Source of the DNA: Spirochaetia bacterium
Lineage (GTDB): Bacteria; Spirochaetota; Spirochaetia; DSM-2461
NCBI GenBank assembly: GCA_963668315.1
Contig: OY764216.1
Span: forward strand, 3,968,001-4,032,000
Direction of reading: 5' to 3'
DNA length: 64,000 bases
In this document: positions 39,020-49,700 of the stretch, piece by piece
Layout of the letters: each line of letters starts with the position of its first letter
Position numbering within the stretch: position 1 is the first letter of the stretch
The notes under the pieces: generated by a model
Seen by the model: only the letters and a program-made list of their open reading frames with translations
Told to the model about the DNA's origin: nothing
Databases searched by the model: none
Made by a program: the position numbers and the translations under genes

Positions 39020-40428
39020 GAAGGATTTTTTCTCTTCACGTACTTTTCCTGATTCTTATTTCAGAGCTGTCCCTCTTCTCCCAGGATAATACCCGGGACT
39101 GGAGAACAACGGTATACGCTCTGCAGCAGTCCTTCCGGGATATTTCAGCCCGCGTCCTCCCCGTGGTGGTGGAAATCAATGTGGTGGAAACGGCCGAACA
39201 GGATCTCCCTTCCTTCAGCCCCTGGGAGTTCTTCTTCGGAAATCCCCAGTCCCCCCCGTCCCTTCTTCAGCCTCAGAAAAGGGAGTATACCAAAACGGGG
39301 CTCGGATCGGGCGTGATTATAGACCAGAGGGGCCATAGGGTTTACGTCATTACCAACTACCATGTGGCGGGGAAAGCCGATGAGATTACCATATCCCTTC
39401 ATGACGGCCGCCAGTACACAGCAGAACTGGCCGGCTCCGATCCCCAGAGGGATCTGGCCCTCATATCCTTTTACTCCGAAGAAACCCTTCCCCTGGCTGT
39501 TCTGGGCGATTCCGATACGATCCGCACGGGCGATTGGGTTCTGGCTATCGGAAACCCCTACGGATTCGAATCCACCGTCACCCAGGGGATAATCAGCGCC
39601 ACGGGACGGGTCGGATGGGATGACAGGGCAAACGAATATCTTCAGACCGATGCCTCCATCAATTCGGGCAACTCCGGCGGAGCCCTGGTGAATATACGGG
39701 GCGAGGTGATCGGCATCAATACGTGGATTGCCTCCGGGACGGGGGGAAGCGTCGGTCTGGGTTTTGCCATTCCCTCCAACAGGGTACGGGAAAATCTGGA
39801 AGACCTGATAAGAGAGGGCCGGGTGGAGTACGGCTGGCTCGGTGTCAACATGTCCACGGCAACCGATACGTTCATGGAGCAAATGGGTCTGGAAGAGTGG
39901 GAGGGAGCCTTTGTCTTCAATATCTACTCCTCCTCCCCCGCCCGAGACGGCGGTCTCCTTCCCGGAGATCTGATCATCGCCCTGGACGGACAGTCCGTGG
40001 AAAACAGCCGTGAGCTGGCGGAACTGATCTCCCGGAAAAAACCGGGAGATAGGATAAGGTTGACCTTTGTCCGCGGGGATAGGGAACTGACGAAAACCAT
40101 CGAGCTTTCCAGTAAGGACCGGGCAGAACGGAGCAGCTCAGCCATCAGCCTCTGGCCTGGTTTCACCGTAGCTGAAGTAACCGATGAGATGAGGGAAAGG
40201 CTTGAACTTCCCCGTTATTCGGCGAATCTGATCATCGGCAACGTCCTTGAGAACAGCATTGCCCAGGAAGCGGGTCTTCATAAGGGGGATATCATCAAAT
40301 CCATGAATAAAACGGTTCCCCGCGACATCAGGGATTTCTACCGCATTCTCGGAGAGAGCGGCGGAGAGATTCAGATGAAAGTGGAAAGGCGGGGCTATGA
40401 GTTCGAATACCGTCTAGAAATCCAGTAA
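39016..40428 (+). CDS. htrA: HtrA/DegP (Do family) serine protease with two PDZ domains
   Basis: Signal peptide, GSGVI, TNYHV, DLA, QTDASINSGNSGG and two PDZ domains. Confidence 0.93.
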   Translation: MRRIFSLHVLFLILISELSLFSQDNTRDWRTTVYALQQSFRDISARVLPVVVEINVVETAEQDLPSFSPWEFFFGNPQSPPSLLQPQKREYTKTGLGSGVIIDQRGHRVYVITNYHVAGKADEITISLHDGRQYTAELAGSDPQRDLALISFYSEETLPLAVLGDSDTIRTGDWVLAIGNPYGFESTVTQGIISATGRVGWDDRANEYLQTDASINSGNSGGALVNIRGEVIGINTWIASGTGGSVGLGFAIPSNRVRENLEDLIREGRVEYGWLGVNMSTATDTFMEQMGLEEWEGAFVFNIYSSSPARDGGLLPGDLIIALDGQSVENSRELAELISRKKPGDRIRLTFVRGDRELTKTIELSSKDRAERSSSAISLWPGFTVAEVTDEMRERLELPRYSANLIIGNVLENSIAQEAGLHKGDIIKSMNKTVPRDIRDFYRILGESGGEIQMKVERRGYEFEYRLEIQ

Positions 40429-41346
40429 ACTGTTCAGGGGACGGGCGATGCCGGAGAGGGCGTCCCTTGTCATAAAACGCACCTTCCCTCCATCAAGGGC
40501 AACCCGGAAGTACTCGGTTCCCATCAGTTCCACCGCGCCCCCGGCGGTAAGGATATACCTTTCCCCTCTATTATCATGAATTTCCACTCTGAAGCGAGTC
40601 TCCGATCCGGAAAGAGAAGATCCCTCCCCTTCCTCGATCTCTCCTTCCAAACCGGCCAGACGCAGCATAAGAAGATTGACTTCTTCTTCCTTAAGACGTC
40701 CGTCCCCCAGCTCTCCCCGGTAGGTCCAGTCCTCTCCTTCCCGAATCAGTTCATAGCGATACTGAAGAGCTTCTGAACCTTCCCGCGGCGTATAAAGTCG
40801 GTAGTAAACGATATTCTCAGCCCGAAGGTCATCGGGGAAGATCCGTCTGTCCACCAGATTTTCCCAGGGAAAGTCCTCTCCGGAGGAAAGGCGGTGAAAA
40901 TAGATGCTCCCGCCGTCTTCTTCCGTCTGCAGAAAGAATCCCCTGCCCGTGTCCCCCCCGTCAGCGTCATCGTAATACAACGTCAGTTTAAGGGGGTCTT
41001 TACCGTCCCTCTCATAGCTCAGAGAGATTGAAGAACGGGGCAGCCAATTCCCGCTGTCCCGGCTCTTTCCGGCGGTATGATGCTCCAGTTCGCCGGGAAG
41101 TGCCAGCAGGATCTGAAGGGCGGACTGACTGAGGGGCAGTTCGGTTCCGCCGCTCAGTAGAATCCAGCCGTCATCACGGCGGCCTATCTCCCATCCCCCT
41201 TCGGGGGAACGGATTCCCGACACTCGGGAAAGATCATAGGAACGGTAGAGGGGCGCCCGGTCTCTCCAGCCGGAGGATAAACGGACGAATACAATCAGCA
41301 TGGAAAGAATCACGATAACGACTAAGAGTTTATAGAACCTTTTCAT
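40414..41346 (-). CDS. Membrane-anchored hypothetical protein (DUF4340-like position)
   Basis: N-terminal TM; last gene of the ABC/GldG-like operon. Confidence 0.6.
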   Translation of the reverse strand: MKRFYKLLVVIVILSMLIVFVRLSSGWRDRAPLYRSYDLSRVSGIRSPEGGWEIGRRDDGWILLSGGTELPLSQSALQILLALPGELEHHTAGKSRDSGNWLPRSSISLSYERDGKDPLKLTLYYDDADGGDTGRGFFLQTEEDGGSIYFHRLSSGEDFPWENLVDRRIFPDDLRAENIVYYRLYTPREGSEALQYRYELIREGEDWTYRGELGDGRLKEEEVNLLMLRLAGLEGEIEEGEGSSLSGSETRFRVEIHDNRGERYILTAGGAVELMGTEYFRVALDGGKVRFMTRDALSGIARPLNSLLDF

Positions 41347-43217
41347 TTCCCGGCCCCCATGCTTTGCCTTCTCAAGGCCAGAAGCTCTTCATTCCCCGAG
41401 AGGTAAAAGGCCAGACTTTGAATCCAGGCGCTGTTGCCCATGCTTCTGTCGGCCAGGGCCATCATATCGGACAGGGATTCGTCTCCCGAAAGGACAATAA
41501 GTGTTCCCTTTCCCAGGGGAAGGGCCAGACAAGTCGTATAGGAAGCCCTGCCCCCCACGGGACTTTCATTCAGAGTCGCCGGTGAGATATCGGCAAGGGG
41601 TCCGGCAAGCATGGCACGGTCCGTTGATTCGATCCGCCAGAAAGGGTCACCCTCTCCGGTATAGTAAAGGGGCACGCTCCAAAGGGCCGTGTAATCAAAA
41701 AGGCTCCGGTTATCCGTATTGAACCAGAGGGGGTAAAAATCGGGCGGACCATCCTGGGAGGAAGCAAGATAGAGCCCCCTGGCGGGATCAATGATAAAGG
41801 ACTCCCCCCCGTATACGCCGATCTGCGACAGTTCCGTAAGAAGAGGTTCTTCCCCGTCGGGAACGATCATATCCGTTCTGGCCGGATCAAGGATAAAGGG
41901 GGAGAGGGTGACAAGTACGCTTCCCCCTTCCCGGGCAAAATCCATAATACGGGAGACTTCCCAGGCGGAAAGGTCACGTCCTCCCAGTACAAAAAGCGCC
42001 TCGGGCCGTTCCGTTTCCAGAATATCCGCCTGTCCGGTAAAGTCCCTCAGGGTAAAATACTCTTCCAGGGCGCCGTTCAGTACGGTCCAGGAGTTCTGCT
42101 CTGTTCTGTCCGATCGGCCCCGGATGATTCCTGCGGCGGGTCTCTTCCCATCGCGAAGTCTCTGAAGGGCGGCAAGGAGCTGTTCTTCGGCGATGAGAGG
42201 ATTATACACAAGGGGGAGCGTTTCGATCTTCCCCCGGTATTCCACTTCCAGAACAGAATAGAAAGATTCGTATTCTCCCCGGTTGTCCAGAGTCTGAACC
42301 GACCAGCCGTACTCCCGGCCCCTCTCTTCAATCTCGTTGCCGCTCAGCCGTTCCCGATGGAAATGAACGGACAGCCCCCCCTTAAGCCTCAGGGAGAAAA
42401 GAAAAGCCTCAAGCCCGCCCAGCCCGTCGCCGTAAAGCCGGTAGTTGTCCGTTCTGTACCAGCGGATATAGAGGGGATCGTCCAAGGAACGGATAGCCCG
42501 GGCGGTCACACGATTCAGGCGGAATTGACCGGAAAGGGTCATATCCATCCCTCCGGGAAGAAAGGAGAATCCTGCCAGCAGCAGGAAAAAGGGAATCAGT
42601 CGGAGGGTTTTTCCCTTCCTGCCCGGCGCTTCCCGTTTCCAGGCAAGGGCCGTATGGGCCCCTTCCAGAAGGAAAAGGAGAGTTCCGGGAAAAAGAAAAA
42701 GAACCGCGTAAGGAAGATATCCTTCGAAAAGGGGATCGGTCCAACGGGGCAGGAAGGGGGACAGGAAATTCAGGGGAAGCAGTATCAGATAGGTAAGGAA
42801 CCATGCCACGGCGGTACGGGAGCACAGTGCCGAGACGGCCAGCCCCAGGGCCGCTGCAAATAGGATTTCCCCTCCGAAGAGGGGAATGGCGAATAGGATC
42901 TTTCCCCCATCCTCACCGCCGGCGGCGAGAAGAAGGGACATAACAAATAGGGGGAGGATGAAGAAGCTTCCCAGGGAGAGACTCCCGCTTCTAAGCAGAC
43001 CATGAAGAAGCCTTCTGTCCGAAAGGGGGCCGGTGAGAAGCAGAAGATCCGTTCCGGCCGCCGCCTCGCCCGCCAGAAGGGGCACCGTAAAGAAAGGCGT
43101 CAGCAGGATGACGGCCAGCCAGAGAAGCGGATAGTACAGCCCTGGATTTCCAGAGAGAAAAGGGGGAAGGAGAAACAGGAGCAATGGCAGGGAGAGGAGG
43201 ATTTTTTTCCTAATCAC
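41343..43217 (-). CDS. ABC-2 permease fused to a GldG-like auxiliary domain
   Basis: Multi-TM N-half with AGEAAAGTDLLLLTGP; DMTLSGQFRLN..T...I..LDDP GldG motif. Confidence 0.72.
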   Translation of the reverse strand: MIRKKILLSLPLLLFLLPPFLSGNPGLYYPLLWLAVILLTPFFTVPLLAGEAAAGTDLLLLTGPLSDRRLLHGLLRSGSLSLGSFFILPLFVMSLLLAAGGEDGGKILFAIPLFGGEILFAAALGLAVSALCSRTAVAWFLTYLILLPLNFLSPFLPRWTDPLFEGYLPYAVLFLFPGTLLFLLEGAHTALAWKREAPGRKGKTLRLIPFFLLLAGFSFLPGGMDMTLSGQFRLNRVTARAIRSLDDPLYIRWYRTDNYRLYGDGLGGLEAFLFSLRLKGGLSVHFHRERLSGNEIEERGREYGWSVQTLDNRGEYESFYSVLEVEYRGKIETLPLVYNPLIAEEQLLAALQRLRDGKRPAAGIIRGRSDRTEQNSWTVLNGALEEYFTLRDFTGQADILETERPEALFVLGGRDLSAWEVSRIMDFAREGGSVLVTLSPFILDPARTDMIVPDGEEPLLTELSQIGVYGGESFIIDPARGLYLASSQDGPPDFYPLWFNTDNRSLFDYTALWSVPLYYTGEGDPFWRIESTDRAMLAGPLADISPATLNESPVGGRASYTTCLALPLGKGTLIVLSGDESLSDMMALADRSMGNSAWIQSLAFYLSGNEELLALRRQSMGAGK

Positions 43218-43932
43218 GGGATGTTCCCTCCCCTATCATGGTGCTGTACAGGTCATCCAGATTTTCCCAGCTCTTAAAATCCTTCATCTCCAGTTCGGCC
43301 CTCACCTCACCCTTCTCGAGAATGATGAGGGAGTCGCACAGGGCGTATATTTCCTGCAGGATATGGGAGGAAAAGAGGGTGATTCTCCCCTTACTCTCCT
43401 CACGGATCAGCTTCCTGAGCTTACGGATAACAGAGGGATCGAGCCCTGAAAAAGGTTCGTCCAGAAGCAGGAGCGGAGGATTCATCATGGACGCGAGGGC
43501 CAGTCCCGTTCTCTGCCGGTAACCGCGGGACAGGGTTTTAATTTTCTTGTCCCCCTCCTCTCCGCTCAGGCCGTGACGGTCCAGAACTCTTTCCAGCTGC
43601 TCGTCCATCGGATCAAGGCCGGCATAAAGGGCATAACAGGATGAAAGCAGCTGCCGGGGAGTCTTTCTCAGCGGGAGAGGAGCTCCCTCGGGAAGGAACC
43701 CGGTCATCCGTCGGAACTCCTCGGGCGATCCGACAAGGGACGTCTCTCCCAGAAAAGCCTCGCCCCGGGAAGGGAAAAAATATCCGGAGAGTATTTTCAA
43801 CAGGGTGCTTTTTCCCGCCCCGTTAGCTCCCAGCAGACCGGTGATTTTCCCTGTCTCCAGCGTAAAATTGACATGGGAGAGCGCCTTTCTGGACGAATAG
43901 GATTTACAGACATCCTGTACTTTTAAAACCAT
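43210..43932 (-). CDS. ABC transporter ATP-binding protein (GldA-like)
   Basis: GANGAGKST, LSRGYRQR, LLDEP and SSHIL; TAATG overlap with rnz. Confidence 0.92.
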   Translation of the reverse strand: MVLKVQDVCKSYSSRKALSHVNFTLETGKITGLLGANGAGKSTLLKILSGYFFPSRGEAFLGETSLVGSPEEFRRMTGFLPEGAPLPLRKTPRQLLSSCYALYAGLDPMDEQLERVLDRHGLSGEEGDKKIKTLSRGYRQRTGLALASMMNPPLLLLDEPFSGLDPSVIRKLRKLIREESKGRITLFSSHILQEIYALCDSLIILEKGEVRAELEMKDFKSWENLDDLYSTMIGEGTSRD

Positions 43933-44864
43933 TAATCCTCGTTGGGTATGGAGATATCCATCTGATCGCGGCAAAGGAACGTATCGGGAAAAACCCGTAC
44001 GGCCTCTTCCTTCAGAACGGCCAGCTCCCTGTTGGTATAACGGGGTGAAAAATGGATAAGTCCCATTTTTTTGACACCCCCCGCTTCCTTGGCGATTCTG
44101 CCCGCCTGTTCCGCCGTCAAATGCCGTTTTTCCCGGGCCGATTCGGCCAGGGAGGAATCAAACATGGCTTCACAAATAAGGAGGTCCGATCCTTTGACAT
44201 AGGCGGGAATGGAATCGTGATAGCTGGTATCGGTTACAAAGGAAAATTTTCGTCCCCTCCGCGCCTCACCCATGACCTGAACGGGCTTAACCGTTGTCCC
44301 GTCCTCGAGATGAACATCCTGCCCCTTCTGCAGCTGGGACCAGAGAGGCCCCACGGGAACGCCCAGTTCCCGGGCTTTCTCGGGAAAGAAAATCCCCGGC
44401 CTGTCATCCTCTTCCAGAGTATAGCCCACGCAGACCCGAGAGTGTCTGAGGGGAAAGCTCTTAACCCGGTAACCCTCCCCTTCGTAAACGACCTGCTCCC
44501 TGTGGGGCTCTTCGATCTCCTTGATCACGATCTCGTAATTAATGAACATCTCAAGGGCCCGTCTGTTCACTTCCACATATTCGGCGATACGGGGAGGTCC
44601 GATGATGGTCAGGGGCTCATCCCTCTCCACCTGGGATGTCAGCATGAGAAGCCCGGGCAGGCCGGTGACATGATCCGCATGGGTATGGGAAATAAATATG
44701 GTGGAAATTTTCTTCCACTTTAAATTCAGTTTTTTCAAAGATACCTGGGTTGCTTCTCCGCAATCGAAAAGAAACAGTTCCCCTTCCCTTCTCAATAGAA
44801 CGGAAGTCAGATGACGACCCGGCAGGGGCATCATCCCGCCTGATCCCAGTATAAAAGTTTCCAT
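43932..44864 (-). CDS. rnz: Ribonuclease Z
   Basis: FDCGEATQ, SHTHADHVTG, GP-rich exosite, TDT, EAMF and HFSPRY. Confidence 0.94.
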   Translation of the reverse strand: METFILGSGGMMPLPGRHLTSVLLRREGELFLFDCGEATQVSLKKLNLKWKKISTIFISHTHADHVTGLPGLLMLTSQVERDEPLTIIGPPRIAEYVEVNRRALEMFINYEIVIKEIEEPHREQVVYEGEGYRVKSFPLRHSRVCVGYTLEEDDRPGIFFPEKARELGVPVGPLWSQLQKGQDVHLEDGTTVKPVQVMGEARRGRKFSFVTDTSYHDSIPAYVKGSDLLICEAMFDSSLAESAREKRHLTAEQAGRIAKEAGGVKKMGLIHFSPRYTNRELAVLKEEAVRVFPDTFLCRDQMDISIPNED

Positions 44865-45029
44865 AGGCAGGTATGATAACAAATTTGCCGGTGATTTTCC
44901 AGAGATTTGCCCATATCTTACGGGCTAATGCTGGAAAGTCGGGCCGATTTGGACTATTCTAGTTAGAATGATTAGATGGCAGGTCCCTGTGGGGGGCCTG
45001 AAAAACTTAAAAACAGGAGTACATTTCAT

Positions 45030-45728
45030 TTGAAAAAAGCTTTACTTGTTTTGACAGCGTCACTGGCGCTCTTTTCCTGTTCCGTTAAAGGCGGACTGAC
45101 TCTGGACAGTCAGGGTGCCGGCACCATGGATATGGATTTTACCCTCCTTCCCTTTTTCGGGGATTTCTTTTTCGATCTGGTTGATGAAGATCTTCTTCTG
45201 GCCGATACGGACCGGGGGCTGGCAGAAAACAAGGGAATTACCGATCACACCCTGAGCAGAGAGGATTACCGCTACAGCGGAAAAATCAGCTTTAGCAATT
45301 TTGAAGATGTTGTCGCCGGCGAAGACGGCGAGGAACAGACCATATTCACCATGGAAACCGTCGGCGGGCAAACCACCCTTAGAATAACCTTCACAAGGGA
45401 CAACTGGGATCAGATGTCCGTTCTCGTACCCGTTTTTTCCGATCCTACCGTAGCCATGCTCGGCCCCAGCGGCAGCATAGGACTCAGCGAAGAGGAGTAC
45501 CGGGAAATGGTCATCTATCCCTTCGAAGGGTACGCTTCCTCCACGGAAGAAGCCTCCCGCGCTCTGGACAGCTCCTCTCTGGTGTTTACGGTCAATGTGC
45601 CGGGGCCTATCATCGGCCAGCAGGGCGGAGAGGTTTCCGGCAGAAGCGTCACCTTCCGCATTCCCCTGATACGAATGCTCATGCTCGATGAAGAGCTGTC
45701 CTATTCCGTCACCTACAGACAGGAGTAG
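45030..45728 (+). CDS. Hypothetical lipoprotein
   Basis: TTG start after AGGAG; KKALLVLTASLALFSC lipobox. Confidence 0.78.
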   Translation: MKKALLVLTASLALFSCSVKGGLTLDSQGAGTMDMDFTLLPFFGDFFFDLVDEDLLLADTDRGLAENKGITDHTLSREDYRYSGKISFSNFEDVVAGEDGEEQTIFTMETVGGQTTLRITFTRDNWDQMSVLVPVFSDPTVAMLGPSGSIGLSEEEYREMVIYPFEGYASSTEEASRALDSSSLVFTVNVPGPIIGQQGGEVSGRSVTFRIPLIRMLMLDEELSYSVTYRQE

Positions 45729-45731
45729 AAT

Positions 45732-46775
45732 ATGAAAAAAGTAGCGATTATCGGCGCCGGGGCTTTCGGAACCGCCATTGCCGTGGTTCTGGGGAAAAAG
45801 GGCCATTCCATTTCCCTCTGGAGCCACAATGCCGAAGCGGCCCGGCAAATTAATGAAAAAAGAACCAATGATATTTTTCTTCCTGGAGTTCAGCTCCCCG
45901 AGACGGTAAAGGCATTCACCGGTCTGGAAGAGACCATGGCGGGGGCCGAATATATGATTCTGGCGACCCCTTCCCTTTTTACCGTTCAAACCATGAAGCA
46001 GCTTCTTACCTACCCTTCCATTCTGGAAGGGGAAGTAAAGATAGCCACCATTGCCAAAGGTTTTCTGCCCGGGAAGAACGGTCCGCAGCTTATCGTCGAC
46101 GCGCTGGAGAATTACCTGCCGGGAAGCTATAAGGGAAATCTGGTCTACATTTCGGGCCCCAGCCATGCCGAAGAGGTGGGAAGAGGAAAAATCACCGGAC
46201 TGATCAGTGCCTCGCTCAACGCCAATAATTCCATTCTTTTCAGAGAGCTGCTGGCAGGGGAAAGCATTAAAATCTTCTCTTCCCTGGATGTGGTGGGAGT
46301 CCAGACCTGCGCCGCGATAAAAAACGTGGTGGCCATAGCCTTCGGAATTCTCGACGCCATGAAAGAACAGGATGTGGAACTGGTGGGAGACAATACGGAA
46401 TCCCTCCTTTTCGCCGCCGGGCTCAACGAGATTCAGACCCTGGGAAGGGCTTTAGGCTCCACCCATCCGGAAACCTTTACTTCCATAGCCGGCGTGGGAG
46501 ACCTGGATGTTACCTGCCGTTCCGTCTACGGCAGAAACCGCCGTTTCGGAAGGGAGATCATCCTCAAGGATATCACGGCCAAGTACAAGGGGATTGATGA
46601 TCTTATCGAAAACATAAGCGATATTCCCTACCTGCCCGAAGGTGTTTTCGCCGCCCGCTATGCCATGGAACTGATAGATAAGCATAATCTCAAGCTCCCT
46701 CTCATTTCCAATGTCTACCGCATTCTCAACAAGGAAGCGGATCGGGATTTAATGAAAACCCTCTTTTCCATCTGA
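45732..46775 (+). CDS. gpsA: NAD(P)H-dependent glycerol-3-phosphate dehydrogenase
   Basis: GAGAFGTA, SGPSHAEEV, KNVVAIA and GDLDVTC.S..GRNRRFG. Confidence 0.95.
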   Translation: MKKVAIIGAGAFGTAIAVVLGKKGHSISLWSHNAEAARQINEKRTNDIFLPGVQLPETVKAFTGLEETMAGAEYMILATPSLFTVQTMKQLLTYPSILEGEVKIATIAKGFLPGKNGPQLIVDALENYLPGSYKGNLVYISGPSHAEEVGRGKITGLISASLNANNSILFRELLAGESIKIFSSLDVVGVQTCAAIKNVVAIAFGILDAMKEQDVELVGDNTESLLFAAGLNEIQTLGRALGSTHPETFTSIAGVGDLDVTCRSVYGRNRRFGREIILKDITAKYKGIDDLIENISDIPYLPEGVFAARYAMELIDKHNLKLPLISNVYRILNKEADRDLMKTLFSI

Positions 46776-46781
46776 GGCCGT

Positions 46782-49700
46782 TCAAAGGAGATAGGGCACG
46801 ATGTCATCGAATAGGATATCGAGCCCTTCATCCCAGACAGGTCCCTCGGGCATGAGCATTTCCCGATAGGGACAGTTCTTCAAATCAAAATACCCCTGAT
46901 CCCGGGTAAGGGCTTTCTTCCATAAATAGGGCCATTCCCGGGGCAGATTACTCCTTTCCAGTTTGCCCTTGTCCATCAGTTCCGCCGCTTCGTCTATCAG
47001 AGAAGGATAGAAGGGCAGAGGCCGAGTCAGATTTCTCAGATAAAGATCGGTCAGTTTGGCCAGTATCTTCTCCGGTTCCGGGACGGGCTGGAAGTATTCT
47101 CCCCGCTGAGCCGTCTGAGAGGTCCATCCCGCCAGTCGGCTGAAACCGGAACCGGCCAGCAGGACCTGTCTCCCGTAATATCCGTGTCCCTCCCGCTGAA
47201 CGAGAAAAAGATGACTGAGGAAGGGGGCGAAAAGATCTTTCGTCTTCTCCTTTTTCCCGTAGCAGTAACGGGCCGAGCCCAGAATTTCACCGCCGTATAG
47301 GGGCTCCGTTTCCCCGGTCAGCGAGACAGGCCCGCGGCGGCTCTCCGTTTCGACCGCTCTCAGGTAGCGGGTATGTCCGGCCGTTTCCTCTATCACATCG
47401 TTCAGAAACCGTCTTTCCCGGGGAACTCCCCCTTCCCACAGGGCGCGGTCGATACCGTTGAGCCCCCCGAGAAGAGATTCTCCCGAGTTCAAAAGCTGTC
47501 GGAAAGAGGGCCTATCCCACCCGGAACCGGACAGATGGCCGGTCTTGACGGAATGGCTCCACCACTCCTGCGCCAGAGAATCAAGACTCTCCGGGGCAAG
47601 AGGTCCGGTATCGCACCATCGCCCGATGATCTCTTCATAAAAGCGGACATCCTCGAAGGGAGCCGGATCCACCGGATCAAGAATCTCCCCATCCTCGTCT
47701 ATGTCCTCCCTATGGAAGATACGCAGGGATTTTCTTCCGAAGGAACCGAGAGGATTACGGAAAAAATTAATCAGGTCCCTCATATCAATCTCTTCGGGAC
47801 TTTCCCTTTCGGGCAGCACGGTGACGGTTCCGTCCACTCCCCTCGCCCCCTTGTCCCGCAGAACACGGGCCTGCTCATAGGCGGTCAGATCAAAGGAGGG
47901 AAGAACACGGCTTCCTTCGAAGCGGGAGGAATCATAGGGTTGAAGGGGCAAGGGAATATAAAGGTCTTCTCCGGATTGCCCGAAGCTCTCTTTATGCTTT
48001 TCAACGATATCTGAGAGCTCTGTTATCACCGGAGAGGGGTGGAGCGTTTCACCCGAGACATGACTCCTCCCCGTATAAAAAACCCAGAACTTCTCCCGGG
48101 CCGAAAGGAAGGCCTCGAGATAGGAAAAGCGGTCCCCCGCCCGGCGGGAAAGGTCAACGGAAGGTCGGGCCAGTTCGGTCAGGTCAAAGCTGAATTCCTC
48201 GTCACTGCCGGGGAAACGCCCGTAGTCCATGCCCAGAAGGATCACGACTCTGAAGGGGACCGCCCGGAGGGGCTTCAAAGAGGAACAGCTGATTCCCCTG
48301 GTCAGATAGCCCCCCTTCCGGAGTCCCGTCTTTCCTATCAGTTCCAGAACGAGGCTGCGGTAGACGTTCCAGGGCATGCGGGGATCGGGCAGAGAGGACA
48401 GATAATCCAGCCCCTCCATCACATTATTGATATTCCGGAATACGGCCTTTATCCGTTCTCTGTCCCCCTCATCACCCCGGTTATCCGGTCTCACGGCGAG
48501 ATATTTCTCCATGAGCTGCTCTATCCGGGGTATCCACTTTTCCAGGGGGGCCTTCTGCCTGTTCAATCCGTAAAAATCCTGATAAAGGGACCGGACGATA
48601 TGGATGAGTTTGCCCACGGAGATATTGCGGCTCTCATCGGGAAAGACATAGGGGAGATTATCCTTGTCTCCGGCGCTCTCATAAACCATGCCGTCCAGAA
48701 GCCTCCCGAATCCCCTCTCCCAGCGGTTGTTCTCCCGGGGCGGCAGGTCCATGCTGGACAGATGCTCCCCGTCCATGCCCCAGAGGATTCCCGTATCCCG
48801 GCAGATTTCCTGCCAGTCCCTGATCTCCCCTTCACCGATGGAAAAGGCCTGGGCGAAGCAGGGATTTCGGAACAGGCGGAACATATCGTTCCGGGAGAAT
48901 CTCCCTCCCGGCAGTTCCAGAAGGGAGAGAAAGGCATCGGTATAGGCCGATTGGGACTGATTTTTCAGATCGATGAAGTTATAGGGCAGCGTAAGGTTAT
49001 CATCCTGAAAGAGGGCCTCTATGAACGGGGCGAATTCATTGATATCCGGCGCCATGAGGGCTATATCGGTCAGCTGAAGGGTATCGTCATCCCGCAATAA
49101 TCCGATAATGGCATTGCGGGCCTCTTCCACCTGCCGCCAGGCGCCCGTACAGGAGAAGAATCTGACCGAGTCATCCTCGCCGGGAGGGGGGGCGAACAGA
49201 GACAGCTCCCGTTTACCGGGAAAGCGGTTTGTCCACAGGCTCTGCTGCAGATTTCCCAGAAGCGTATCGGGATAATCCATCTTCTCCCCCACGTCGGGAA
49301 CCATGTCCCGGGGAGGTTTCTCCTTGAAAAAGCCCGAAACGCCCTGAATAAGGGTTGTGAGCGGTTCCCACTCCTCCAGGGGATTCTCCTCAGAATCGGT
49401 AAGAAAAACCCGGGAAGGGGTGAAAAGATAATGCTCCACCTCCACATAGCGGGAGAGATAGGAGAAAAAGTTGAGTCCCGCATCCCCCAGGAAAGATGAT
49501 CCGAACAGAATAACCTTTCCCTGCGGGCCGGTGTAGGGGAGCTCTTTTTCCCGTATATAAACAAGAATACGGCTTAAGAGTATATAGGGAGCCTCGGGAC
49601 CGAACAACTCCTGCCAGAGAAGCCTCTGCCAGGTTTCATGGGCTTCGGCCGACCCTCCCAGCCCGATGGAGCGGCCTTCCTCCCAGGCGGCGGTCAGATC

